NCBI GenBank assembly: GCA_023213395.1
Contig: CM041465.1
Location: forward strand, 245,589,741 to 245,653,740
Direction: 5' to 3'
Origin: Cycas panzhihuaensis
Lineage: Eukaryota; Plantae; Cycadophyta
DNA: 64,000 nt
Below, one piece after another: positions 13,201 to 26,771 of this stretch (within the stretch, counting starts at the first letter, position 1; each line of letters begins with the position of its first letter). The translations under genes and the position numbers were made by a program. A model generated the notes under the pieces. The model did not search any database. It worked only from the letters and a program-made list of their open reading frames with translations, and was not told the origin of the DNA.

Positions 13201-13296
13201 TTGTTAATACAATTTGAGGTACCTTAAGTGCAGATTCGATCTGAGTTGTTTTTCTTTTGTTTGTGAATTATCTATTGCAGGTTATATTTTCCAACA
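10229..13296 (+). mobile_element. Complete gag-only non-autonomous LTR element (TR-GAG-like)
   Basis: LTRs 10229-10453 and 13076-13296 (tgttgg...ccaaca), PBS tggtattagagc 10454-10465, PPT aagggggag 13067-13075, perfect TSD aatct (10224-10228 / 13297-13301). No pol motifs. Confidence 0.95.
11930..13052 (+). pseudogene. Copia-type gag with long acidic C-terminal extension (frameshift near 12560, stop at 12794)
   Basis: PKCNGEDYFFWTIKMRCLFIARSLWKIVTDGY and STVKEAWDFLKEVF match the copia gag N-terminal/UBN2 pattern. D/E-rich tail. Confidence 0.85.
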
Positions 13297-13297
13297 A

Positions 13298-14680
13298 ATC
13301 TGAGGAGTGTCACTTCCAGTGCTGAAGAGATCATGAACATAAAGCGTAATAATAAGAATCTCATCATCTAAGTGTCTCACAGATAAACTATGATCAAATT
13401 TACATCTAGTGAATACAAGTGAAGTAAGATTGTCATCAATGCACAAGTACCATGCCCTTGGTGCCTGCTTAAGCCCATGAAGAGCTTTCTCTGGCCTACA
13501 AACAAGATACTTTTGCTTAAAATGCATAAAGCCTTTAGGATGCTCCATACAGACTTCGTCATCAAGAGTGGCATGAAGAAAGACACTCTTTACATCCATT
13601 TGATGCAGTGTCCATTTAGTTGAGATGCAAGACTAATCAACATTCAGATGGTAGTCATCTTTGCTACAGGTGTAAAGGTCTACTCGAAGTCCACACCTAT
13701 TGTTTGTGCATAGCCCTTGGCCACAAGTCAGGCTTCGTATCTATCAACTACACCATTTGATCTATACTTCATTTTATATACTTGTTTACAATCAATTGAT
13801 CTTTTGTTTTGAGAAAGTTCAACAAGGTCCCATGTGTCATTCTTAAGGATAGAGTTATACTCATCCTTCATTGTTGACTACCATTGAGCCAAAACTTTGG
13901 CTTCATTAAATGGATGTGGTTCATCAATGCTAAATATTGTAGACATCAAGGCATAATTGACTTTGCTCTTACTCCTTGTTTGGACAGCTTCATCTGAAGA
14001 GTGTCACTTCCAGTGATGAAGAGATCATGAACATAAAGTGCAATAATAAAAATCTCATCATCCAAGTATCTCACATACAAACTATGGTCAGATTCACATC
14101 TAGTGAATACAAGTGAAGTAAGATTGTCATTAATGCACAAGTACCATGCCCTTGGTCCTTACTTAAGCCCGTGAAGAGTTTTCTTTGCCCTACAAATAAG
14201 TTGCTTTTGCTCAACATGCATAAGGCCTTCAAGATGCTCCATATAGATTTTCTCATCAAGAACACAATGAAGAAAGCACTCTTTACATCCATTTGGTGGA
14301 GTGTCCAGCCAAATTGAGATGCAAGATTGATCGATATTCAGATGGTAGTCATCTTTGCCACATGTGCAAACATTTCCTCAAAGTCCACACCTGTTATTTG
14401 TGCTTACCCCTTGGCCACAAGTCAGGCTTTGTATCTGTCAACTGCACTGTTTGATCTATACTTCGTTATATATACCTATCTACAACCGATTGACCTTTTG
14501 TTTGGAGGAAGTTCAACAAGGTCCCATGTGTCATTTTTAAGGATAGAGTTATACTCCTCCTCCATCACTCACTGCCATTGAGTTGAAAATTTGGCTTCAT
14601 TAAATGACTATGGCTCATTAATGCTAAACATATTAGATATCAAGGCATAGTTGACTTTGTTCTTACTCCTTATTTGAACA
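13298..14680 (-). repeat. Diverged tandem duplication (~694-bp period) of the RT N-terminal half
   Basis: atctgaggagtgtcacttccagtg at 13298 vs atctgaagagtgtcacttccagtg at 13992. tcaaggcataattgactttg ~13946 vs tcaaggcatagttgactttg ~14640. Confidence 0.9.
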
Positions 14681-15931
14681 CCTTCATCAATGTTAATGTC
14701 ATCAACCTTGGAGTCCTTAATGGTTCGGTAATACCATTTGGGTACTTTTTTAACAAGAGGAGAAGAGGAAGTACAATGCTCGTTGTTGTCCTTACTCTCT
14801 TTACATAAGTTTCATCTATTTCATAGTTTTCTTTGCCTTTATTATTTGCATTATGTGCAATGATCTCATTAAATTCATCAAACAATACATCCCTATTGAT
14901 TACAATCTTTCTCTCTACAGAATTCCAGAGCTTATATGTTTTGGATGACTCACAGTACCCAACAAGAATACATTTTTGGATTTTATCATCCAGTTTATGC
15001 TCCTTCTCACCAACCATGTGTGCATAAGCAATACGACCAAAAACACAAAGATTGCAAACAGAGGGTTTTCTATCAATCTAGGCTTCCTTAGGAGCTACAT
15101 TCCTATTGCTTTAGTGGGACTCCTATTTAACAATTAAACAACTATTTTAGTAGCTTTACCCTAGAAACCTTTACAAATACCTTTTGCGTTGAAAAAGCAT
15201 GAAATCATCTTCACAATTGTGTAATTTTTCCTTTCAGATATGCCATTCTAATGTGGAGTGTATGTTGTGGTAAATTGACACTGAATGCCATGGCTTTTGT
15301 AGAAGTTGATGAAGTCGTTTGACAAGTATTCACCTCCACTGCCGCTCTTTAAAATCTTAATTTTCTTTTCCAGAAAGGTTTCAACTTCAACTTTGGATTT
15401 TTTAAACTTGTCAAAAACGTCAGATTTATTCCTAAGGAGATAAATCCGGCATCTTCTAATGAGATAAGCAATGAAGGTCATAAAATAATTAGCACCTCTA
15501 AGTGAAGTAGGTGACTTGGGTCCATGCAAATCAAAGTGAATTAATTCAAGTTTGTCCTTAGCTTGCCCTGAAGACTTGACAAATGGATCTCTATGTTGCA
15601 TCCCTTAAGTACAACTGTCCCATTTTTTTTCTACACTCCTGAATTAAGGGAAGGACCTACACCATCTACAATTTTCTTAACAACTAAAGATTGTTTTAGT
15701 TTAAGTCATTGTAGTGGTCATGCCATAGGGTGTTAGGAGAGTCACATGTAATAAAAAAACATGTTGAAGGGTTCCAGAGAATTTATCGAGTCCATTCTCT
15801 TCAAATCCTCAAGTTATAATAACACCATTTTTCTTGATATGATACTCAGTTGCATTAAATACAACTTTCAATTGTTGTTTAGTTATGTGACTCACATAAA
15901 GCAAGTTATGTTTGTAGGAGGGTACATAGCA

Positions 15932-16567
15932 TGTTGAGAATACAAGGTCCCAACCCTTTAACTGCCACCAAGATTTATTGCATTCTTACAACTAGTTACA
16001 GAAATCGAAACTTAAAATTACATGCAAGTTCTAAAATCAGAGATTATACAATAACATGAAAATGAAAGCCAAACATCACATATGCACTCGATATAACGTG
16101 GTAAAACCCTAGTAGTGTGCTAGGGAAACGTCCACACAGGAAAGGTATCGATCTTTATTGCTGTAGAATGGAGAAACAATACATCTCAGTTACATAGTGC
16201 TCTCAGGAACAACAACCAGCCGCCGCCCTCATCACAATACATTGCATTACATTACAACATAATAAGAAAAGCCCTAAAACGGGCTACATGAGAGGGACAT
16301 CCAAGGCATAAATCTCAGCCGTAGAATCTAGGGTATTTGTATCGAACGACCTTGATTCTCTTTACAATTTGATAAGGTTTACACGGCTAATTTTTCGGGT
16401 TGGGGGCTATCGCCCCCGAACCTCCTCTTAACGTGGGGTTTTCCACACCCCCCACACTTAGCCAGGGGCTCCACTTTGGAACCCCTCGAGAAAGATTAGG
16501 GGGGGAAACCGCGCCGAAAGCACACCAAAATTTTGACCCCAAAATATTGTTGTCACAATATCCAACA
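15932..16567. mobile_element. Solo LTR (636 bp)
   Basis: tgttg...caaca termini with perfect TSD tagca (15927-15931 / 16568-16572). It interrupts the host copia protease region. Confidence 0.9.
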
Positions 16568-19500
16568 TAGCAAACGTAAGACACTTCAGACAACCCACTC
16601 TCAGGTTGATTAAAGTTTATAATATCTTGACCAAAACCCTTATGATGATTGTTGTTGGCAAGAATAATGCAAGAAGAGAAGCCTTCATTTATCTCGCTAA
16701 ATTGCTTTTTGTAAGGAGTGATATGCTTTGATGCTCCATAATCCAAGTACCAAATCTCTGATGCATATGTATGAAGAACCAAAAGATTACGTTCATTGTT
16801 TGCTATCAGAATAGGTGCAAATGTGGATGTAGATGCCATCTTCTTTTCTTTTTTCTTCTTCTAGTAGTTCTTTTTAGGATGACCTTTTTTATTGTAGTAA
16901 TTACAAGAAATGCCCTTTTTCCGCTTAGTAGTGGTTTTGTTGTGAGACATTTTTAGGAGGGTTCTTATAGCCCTAATTTTTAAAAGGAGTTGCTAATACC
17001 AAAGCACTGTTGCCGCGTGGGTAACTACCCATCCTTTGCTCCTCATGTAGGAGAAATCCAACAAGTTAATCAAATGACAAGGGCTTTGTTTTTCTAGTCA
17101 AACAAAGACTCGTTAAAAAATATGGTATCCTTCATGCAGGCTATTCAAAGTGATGCTAACTAGTTCCTTATCTTCTACAATCTCACCTACTGCGATAAAT
17201 TGATCTCTAATCTCCTTCACTTTTTGCATATATGAGGAGAGAGTTCTTAGTGGTCATCTTATAAGAATACAAAAGAATCCTTAGGAAGAAAACCTGAGTC
17301 TCATTGTTTGTTTCATAAAGGTCTTTTATAGTTTGCCATGTTTCAGATGCAAAGTCTTTTCCTTGCAAATGTGCAATAAGGTCATCTACCACCGACAAAC
17401 CAATGATGGCTATACCCTCTTGGTTATGATGCTCCCAATTGAGCGCATCTTTATGTGTCACTACAATAATGGATGTTGTCTCCATTGTTATAGTTGGTTT
17501 TGGTTTAGTACCTTCAAGGATCTTTGTCAATCTTTTTAAAGCCAAAATGGTAAAAATCTTGAATTTGCAAATTACATTTTTCTTTTCATTTAATGTCTAT
17601 GAATTAGGTAATACGTATCTTGAAATATTCACACTTGACATCTTAAAGAAAGAAAAAGAGGAAAAAATTATGATTTAAGATCGTAAGCATGTGTTTTGTA
17701 AATCAACTTAGAGGTTGCAGGGTGTTTTTGGAATTTTTAGCTTTCAGATCTAATGAAGAACAATGTTTTGAGGGCTCAAAAACAAACCAGAATACAAACT
17801 TGTTTTAACCTTACAAAGTTCAAAAGCTTAAAAAGGAGAATATTCAATGGGGATATTTTAATTTTAAGACAATTTTAAAACTTTCGAAAATATATGAAGA
17901 ATTTAGAAAAGTGGAGTAAGATTTTCCCAAGTGGTACAACCCATTGAATATTTTTCCAAATGTCGCAAAATTAGAAGCTCACTTAGATTTTAATCAAATA
18001 AAGATGTTAAAATAATGTGTATTTTATATAATGAAGCGTAATATTATTAATGATAATGATAATGAGTTAATTAATAGGAGGATTAGTTACTCTCATGTAA
18101 CTTTCTCGACTCCTTGATTCTCTCCTTAAATCAAGGAGTGAATTATTGTCTTTTGAAAATTTCAAACCAAGAGTTTGAAAGGTTATTACGTTGAGATCTT
18201 TAGAGTAGCCACGAGTGTGTATTGCGGGTGTGAAATAATTCAAGTTATTTTTCATTGATTTAGTTGTTGCGATCTCTACATTCTCTCTTGCTTTCTTTTC
18301 TAAATTTTGATGTAGTCCCTGTTTATCTGACATGGTATCAGAGCCCATGATTCATTTGGTGGATTATTTCTGAATTTCTTGCCATGAATAAGATGTTTGG
18401 GGCATTATTGTTGCGATTCATTATTTTCTTGTCAGTTTTTGTAGATGATATGCAAACCCATGGGGGTTTTCAGATAGAAAATGAGACATTTTTGATGGTT
18501 GTGCAGCTTTGAGACAAGTGGGCTTTCAAAACTCAGTGCTTTTGTAGTTTTTGATCTTGAGGGATTGTTTTAGACTTGTCAGAAACTAGTTTTGCAGTAA
18601 TTATTGCTTCAAAAACTAGATCTTTTGCCCTTGTTTTAGCTCTAGGAACTCATGAAGCTGGGAGGGTTTTAATATTGAATATAATGTTTTATCTATAGGG
18701 TCCTTATATTTTATTTATGGGTCTTTAGGGTCCTTTTTAGTGTTATATTGAGGGTTATGTGTCAATTTCTCTTTTAGGTAATTGTGACATGTGGCACATA
18801 TGCATAAACTCTAAATACCCACACATGTTACATATTATGATGTATAAATATGTAAAGTGTATTCATTAATTAATGATAGGTATTATTTTTCATATTAATT
18901 GTCTGTCTTAACATGGTATTAGAGTAGGCCACTTTGAGTTTATTTTGAGTCAAATTGAGAAGTCTTCTGAAGGTATCATTCATCATCTGAATGAAAGTGT
19001 CTGAGGACCTCTTTAACCATTTGTAAAGAGCATTTATTACGAAGTACGAACCGTCGTATGGATTGCACGGACAAAGATTTTTGAAAGTATTCATATTCAA
19101 ACGAAATATTACCAACAAATCCGTTTTTGAAAGCTGAACACACTTTTCCAAAGTATCGACATCAAATTCTGTCTTGAAAGGCATGTTTTACTTAGTTTTT
19201 CAAAAATGCGGGTTTTGAAGATCAACTACAGATTTCTCAAAAAAGAAGTAATCAATCTAGGTAAAATCTATCCTTAATTCATTGTTTGAAGAATACGATT
19301 CATTTAAATTTGAGTTTGTCAATTTTTGTGGAAGATTTGCAAAGATTCAAGTATTTTTCTCCAATAAACTTGAACAACCATATACTATTTGGGTCATTTT
19401 GTGAGGGTTTCACTGGTCAAAATCATTTTTTTTTTTAAGATCTGAGAAGCAAATTTCAATATCTTTCATTTGCTGAAAACATGGATATCAAATCTTCATA

Positions 19501-19899
19501 TTAATCGTTATTGAAAGGAGTTGAGTACATATTTATACTTGGTCCTACCTCTAACTCCTCCAACCATAACTGACAACTGCTTTACCTACCAATTAAGTGT
19601 TAATAAAGATGTGCATAAGCACTCTTAATGACTTAACACAACATTTCTACTGGACCCTAAAATTTAACATTAATTCTAATCTATAGAGCATGTCACAAAA
19701 CTCCCTTAGGACTATAGAATTAATGTCCCTTAGACATAATACACTCTTAGACACATTAAACATTAACTCTTAACACCCTCCCTTAATGTTTAATGTCAAA
19801 ACAACAAGAAATTGAATACTAAAGACCAACATAACATCATGACACTAAGCACTAAGGACTGACAAAAAAGTTGACATATGACTTGACATGAGACATTGC

Positions 19900-21763
19900 T
19901 TTGAACTTGCAACGCTTGAATCTTAATATCTTCTTGATGATAATGTCGTGAGCTCTATCTTTGTCCTTAGTTTATTTTGGAATGCAACAATGGTTCTTGA
20001 TATATTCTTTATTTCTGTGTAGCTTCCTTATTGAATCACTTGTTCCATCATCTCCTGTTCTTTGAATTTTGAGTTGTTTAGTGGCTGCAGCTGTATCTGA
20101 GAGATCATATTCCTGGTGTGATCCCCTTTCATAATCATTATCTCCAAGGTCAAAAGTGATAAGACATGATTTGAACTTCAAAATTTCCTTGAAGAAGAAT
20201 AAAAAGGATTTCTCCTTATTTACTTTCAAATCATCAAGTATGAGTTCTATCACTACGATCATCTTTTTTAGATATACTGATTTTGTGGAAATAAACCAGT
20301 AAAAGGTCTTTTGAAAAGGAAGAATGGATGATGACTTCTTCTTTGTTATCATGAGTACTGGTATTGATCCTGGTTCAATAAAATTTTTGGTTAACCATTT
20401 TGTTTCCTTCTCATCATCCAAGAAAGTTATTGATACGATGAACACAAAGAAGATTTTTGTCATAGTCACAAGCATAAGCTTTCTAATAACTGTTATGGTC
20501 AAATAAAGACAAAATGCTACCATAACATGATTTAACTTCACGATTGAATAACTTGTCAAATTCATGCACCAATTAGTGTAAACATATTCCATTATAAGAT
20601 CTTGACTAGGTTGCATTCCAATTACTACCAAAGTATCCTCCTTTTTGAAGAAATTTCCTAGTGCCTTTGTTGCATATGTCAACACAATCTGAACTCCATC
20701 AATGACAAGAATAGAAAATGTTGCCATATCAAATGAAACCATAAAGAATTTTGTGTACAAACATACAACTGTGTGACCTGATATCAGTTGAAATTTAGCA
20801 ACAATTCTATCAACAGAAATTATGGTAATACTATCCAAAATTTCCATTAAGGCAGTTGTGTTTCCATATTATATCACCTGTGAAAAAGGCTATCTGAAAT
20901 CAATTTCTGATTTCTCATTAATACTGGTTATTTCAAAGTTGAGCACCATCTCCTTAGCAACTTGTAATATAGTCTTTTCTGTCAAATAACTGTAACCTAA
21001 GATGTTAAAATAAAATATAGGTGAGATAATTCTCTTCTCAGGCTTCAGTTCTTCATTTTCCTTTTCTTTCTTAGATTCTGAACGATGATCTAGAGTCAAA
21101 TCATTAAACTCATTTGTTGTTTTAACAGAATCATTAATAAGTTCATCTGCAGGAGTGTGCAATAAGAACTCTTGAATCACCTTGTTGCAATCACCATTAT
21201 ATTCACTTATTTCTTTTACAATAGAGGACCTATTCGATAGATTTACATACCTTTCCTTCTTTCTTATGACAAAAAACATCAGATCAATCTATGTGAGATT
21301 CATTCTTAATAGAATTAGTTTGATTACTTGCATTCGCCTTTTTGGCTTTCCTCTTTAACTACTTTTTCTGATTCTTTGTTAGATTACTGTACATAACGTC
21401 TTCGGGGTCTTTTCATAAGCAATCCTTCAAGAGATTTCAGGCTTCTTTAGCAGTTCCAACATCACAAATAGCAGAGATGAGAAAATGGTAGGAAGGAGAA
21501 AGTTTATCTTCATCGAATGAAGCAATAATAACATCAATTGTTATTCTGTTTATTTTTCTAATTTTTTTCCCCTTTTCTACACTAGTTAAGGTAGCATCAT
21601 GTCCATCGATGATGATTTTCCATATCCCTTTGCACACAAATATACTCTCCATTTTGATTGCCCAACATTTATAATTTATTTCAGTGTACTTAGGTAAGGG
21701 AAAAGGAAAATTTGTTAACCAATATTCATTCCTTTCAGGCCCAAAAACGATGATGTCATCCAA
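19900..21763 (-). pseudogene. Copia-type gag with long C-terminal extension, disrupted
   Basis: PLPKYTEINYKCWAIKMESIFVCKGIWKIIIDGHD...YHFLISAICDVGTAKEA is clearly homologous to ORF 11930-12568. It continues as ORFs 20890-21279 and 19972-20847. Confidence 0.8.
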
Positions 21764-24700
21764 CTACATGATGTAAGGACAAGTTGATCAAAAGTACATT
21801 ACACAAGATTCATGCACCCATTTCAATTTGAAATAACTTCATCAAATAAAAAATAAAACATTTTAAATCACATTCTAGGCTATAGTACTCTGAATGAGGA
21901 TTTCGACAAATCAAATGGTTTGAAAAACAGATGCCTGGTTGAAGAGGTATCATGAAAACTATGAAGTGACCTCCTTACAAACGAAAACTGAACTAGATTG
22001 AACTTTAACTCCTTTTCCCAGATTAGTACTAGGTCATATTAAAATTGTACAGAACCAATGGCTTAATCCCTAGGGGGCTAGCGGACTTCAAAACACATTT
22101 CAATCTTATTTATTTCAAATTTAACTTTGCAAAAAAATATTGAATCCGTTTTATGAAAAATGAAGTCCATGGATTCCAAAGTAGAACTCAATGCGATTAA
22201 ATTTAACTCCCAACTTTTGAAGAAAAAACTATATTTCCTAGATCGAAAGTCAAACCTCCTACGGATTGAATTGCGAGTCGATCAAATTCATTGGATCATT
22301 CATCAATAGTTGCAGGCAAACATCTCCTCCATTGTACAACTGATATAGGCATCTGCAAGCTATTTATCCTTCATGTGGGCACAAATCTTCAAATTCGTTT
22401 TCCATGACAGACAAAGTTCTAGGCGTATCAACCTCTTACACAGGGTTTGTGGACAACATACAATTGGAGGAATGTGATATCTTCATTTATGTCTTCAGTG
22501 GTGTGTTTTTCTTCTGCAATCATTCTTATGGCGAACAACATTCTCCTCTGCGCAGTATTTGATGTTGAACAAATGTAGAACTTTGGAACCAATCAATGTT
22601 TCTAGGAATATATTGCAATCTTCATGGTCGATGGATTCTGCAGGGTTTTCTTTAATTTCATCTCCCTTTATAGTGAGACGAGGGTTTTTTGCATTCAAAC
22701 AATAGATTTGGAACGTCAATTTTTCTACCGCTTCGCTTTTGCTGCCAAGTAGCTATATGGACGACTCATGGGTCAATACGTCCATGGATTCAACGTGGGT
22801 CGACATGGCATCTTCTTTTTCTCCAACTTTTGCAGATTGAATGCCTCGGTACATTCTAATAAAACTAGAAACTGGACTGGTATCTTGTAGTCCAAAGCAA
22901 TTGCCATGAATGCAATACAACAATCTATTGAAAATATCAGTTTTTCATTATGATATGTCCTCTGAATGCACGTCTTCACCACGATATACCTTCAGTCTGT
23001 AATAGGGAATTTTCTCCCTTTTGTCTTTTCGGGTTTAATTCTTCCCCGGTTAGTGTTGCGTTGAATTTGTACAACACCTGACCCTAGTAACTCGCAGTCT
23101 CTTTGTTTAAATTCTCCGCACATGTAGTTTTTGTGGATAATAGGTGGTGATTTCCAATTTCTCCATATGCAACTCTGATTTTGGCCAACAATGGCTATTG
23201 TAATCCTTTTCGATTCTGCTACCAATTGGTTTTTCTTTAGCGAGCTACATCTTTCTCCATGGCAGGTGCACGGTAGTAGGCGCTCAACGACTTCTTCACA
23301 ACTTAGTAATCCAACGTGTTTGCAGGTATTACAATGAACAAGCTCTACAGAGGCCCTTTCATACACGAACCACAATTGGCAAATTTGATTACAGTCTCCC
23401 TTCAATCAAGGCACAAGATGCTCGAATAATCTCTTCTAAATGTTATAATCTGTTCTCTAATCAACTTTCAACAAATATAAATCTTTGTTGATTGGTATAA
23501 GACACATTACGACCGCATGAACCTACTTTGATACCATGTTGAAAACATGGATATCAAATCTTCATATTAGTCGTTATTTAGAGGAGTTGAGTATGTATTT
23601 ATACTTGGTTCTACCTCTAACTCCTTCAACCATAATTGACACCCGCTTTACGTACTAATTAAGCATTACACAAAGATGTGCATGTTAGGACCTTCATGTC
23701 CTAAGCATTAAGTCTTGACCATGGACATTAGTATTTTTTGTCACTTTAGGCCTCTATCCTAAAGTGTTCATTTGTTTGATTATAAAATTATCTTTTGTCT
23801 TGTAGTGGCTTTTTCACATGTGCTTGTAAACAATCAACTTTGGATGGCTCCATCCTTATCTTTGAGGAAAGTAGAGTTCTAATTAGATTTGTCTTGTATT
23901 GTCGATCAGTGACATGTGGTGAGATCTTGATCGTTCAATATCCTTTGCAAGGAGTCCTACTTTCCATGTTTTTGAATGTAATGTTGGAGTTAGAATTATG
24001 CTGCTGTAGCATCTCTTGTAGGTGAAGTGTTGAGATAAATTTTCCTTTCTACTTGTGTCCATAATAGGTTGAGTTGAAGTAGAATGCTTAGTCCTTCATG
24101 TTGCGATGTCCTTTCTAGTTGCTCAATAGATTCAGTGATTGTGTCATTTCCATTTGTCTTTCAATTTGGTATTAGAGCTTTGGCATCTTGAGGAGCGAAT
24201 TCAAGGCTTCGTTGCACTCCAAGGTTGGTGACGACCTTCACTATACGAAGGCGATCCAATTGGAGTAAGGATCAATTTCTTGTAAGGTTATGTTGTTGAA
24301 GGACTTTTGCACTTTAAGTTTGCAAATTTTTTCAAAGTAATTTTATGCAAATTGTCTTGCATATTTGGGTTTTTGGAGGCTAACTTGTGAGCAAAAAAAG
24401 GGATGTTGATACTAAGATTTATAGGTGATTTGGAGCCAATCTTCATGTGTCCTTACACAAGGTTAGGTTGTGTTGCAATCATTGCATTTTTGGCAAAGCT
24501 TGGTGTATAAGTAGCTCTCTTTGAGATCATATTGGCTGCTTTATGAAGTTATTTAAAACAAAAGTCTTTTTTTAATGTGTATGGAGGAGTGATACGTGCA
24601 AATTTCTTGAAATAATTAATTATTTCGAGACATTTTAAAATTTGAACTTTGTTGCCTTAAAAAAGGAGGTTTAAGGAGAAAAAGGAGGCTGTCCAAGAGA

Positions 24701-26771
24701 TCACGCAATGCTATTGTTGAAAATTAAAAACATATGCACAAGGGTTTTACTTAAAATTATTCTTATTAAACAGAATTTGAATCAAATCTTGTTTTTCAAG
24801 AGGCTTTTTTTCTTGTTGTTTTACACAACCTCACTATCTTCTTTAGCGTTTGTGTCATGTATGGGAAAAGATTCATGATTCTTTTTTAACAAAAAAAACT
24901 TCATGTTGTCAAGATGTTCATGACATTTTCCTTGGACAAATTCCACCTTGGAAGACAACTCTTTGTGATCGATAATTTGCTGAGAGATCTTTTCCTCAAC
25001 TCTTGCTTCAACTGTGGTGTTTTTTTCTTCCATGGCAGGCTCCCATCAGTGGCAGGCTCTAGTCCAGTGCTGCTCTGCTCCGTGCGACTTGCACAACTCC
25101 TTGATACTCTCTTAGCTCTCTGTGCACCTGCGGTCCCTTGATGTTCGTCTCTCGTGGCAGCTCGTCCTCTCCTGGACTCTGCGACTGCTTTGTGCAGCAC
25201 CCTGTTTCTGCGTGACTTGTGAGGCCATCTTCACACCCGAGGCTCTGGCGTGGTTCGATCCTCTATATGGTGTGACTTGCTGGCATGACTTGCGTGTGTA
25301 GCTGAGTAGCACTCCGTGGACTTTACGTCTTTGTATCTGACGTGATTCGTCTCAGCGCGTGGCTCCCATTTTGCAACTCCGTCTCGTGCGGCTTCACCAC
25401 ACGCTCAACATCTCGCGACCCACCTGTGTAATTCTGTCTAAATCCTCTCCATGTGGCTGTTCGTCATAGTGCAGCTTTGCAACCTTCGTGGCTTCCATTG
25501 CGTGCTCTGTGCACCTCAGTGCGTGGCTCCCGTAGCATATTCCAGATGGCTCTAACCTACACATCCTTGTCTAGCGACTCTGTGGAGAAGATTCCAGGCT
25601 ACGTCTACCTCCCAGGCTTTAGCATGATTCATGTGCTTCATTGAAAAGTGGCGCCCATCAACACTTCATCCAATCTACCCGCTGTTTCATAATTTTGTAG
25701 CACCCCTGGTAAAGAAATTCGCCCACTGTTTTTCATAAGATGTCGGCCTCCAATCTCATTCGAAAGAATTTCGATTTTTTTTATAGTTTCAAACTTTAGA
25801 ATATATGATTTGGAATATACTCAAGTATATTCCCTTTTTAATTTTCTTTTTTAAACTTTAGCCTTATAAAATGTATCTTAATTTTGCCCTTTTTAACTTT
25901 ATTTTAATCTTTTTAAGAGCCTTTTGACGCTTTGTTTAATGTGGTAATCACACTAACACACATCAAAAAATTTGCAAGTGATTTTTTGAATTAAAGTCAC
26001 TATCTTAAAGTGTTTTTTATCACCTTTTTATAAAATTTTACATGTTTTTAATGACGCTAAGTTCCTTGCGAGGTGACTTAGGTCATTAAAATTAGGCTCT
26101 AAGTGTCTATAAATTTTATCATTTTCAAAATGTTTTTGAAGTGTGCTAATCACACTATCTTGTAATATTTTTCCAAGTGTATTCTGGTGACTTAATCACC
26201 ATTATTTTGGCTTGTTTTAAGCCTCAAATTGTACCATTTAAGGCACTTCTGCTCACTGGGCTCCCTGCGTGGTGACCCAATTTCTGTGAGGCTCAACACC
26301 AATCACAAAAAGGGCCAATTTCAGGTGTTCTTGGTGGACTTGCTTCTTTACTGGCTTGTTAGGCATTAAAATTTACTGTGTTTAGCTGCTGATTATCTCA
26401 CTTTGAGATTATTTTTTTGTACTTAGTTGCATTACTTGTCATTTAACACAACTACATTGTACTTTTGAAGTCTTTTTGACGAAGTTTACAGCAACAAAAA
26501 AGGGCCACAAGCATATGTTTCAATACTAATCTAATCCACTTTTAATCATTAAAAACATTAAGTGGGGAGGCTCGAAAAGAGTTCATACTCTGCCTGAAGC
26601 ATCGATAGCTTGGCCAACGTTGATCCTATCATCAGATTGGACAACTTGCGAGCTAAACCCTCCATTCTGTCCACAATTTTCAGTCTTGAATTGATCATCG
26701 TTGGATATTGAGTGGAACTTAAGCTGCGTCAACTCAAAAGTCTCCAAGTTTCATTTGGTACATTAATCAGG

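Larger units (their letters stand above)
9319..18004 (-). mobile_element. Degenerate Ty1/copia internal region (gag 16600-17600, integrase 14670-15600, RT/RNase H 9330-14660) with nested insertions
   Basis: Motifs WYLDYGASKHI, LELIHFDLHGP, KCILVGYCESSKTYKLW, MDVKSVFLHA, LHGLKQAPRAWY, LYVHDL in copia order. RT reads across the 10229-13296 insertion. Confidence 0.9.

Noticed and set aside
16387-16839. 150-aa ORF as a real gene
   Set aside because: It is a chimera of copia protease (WYLDYGAS) reading into the inserted solo LTR.
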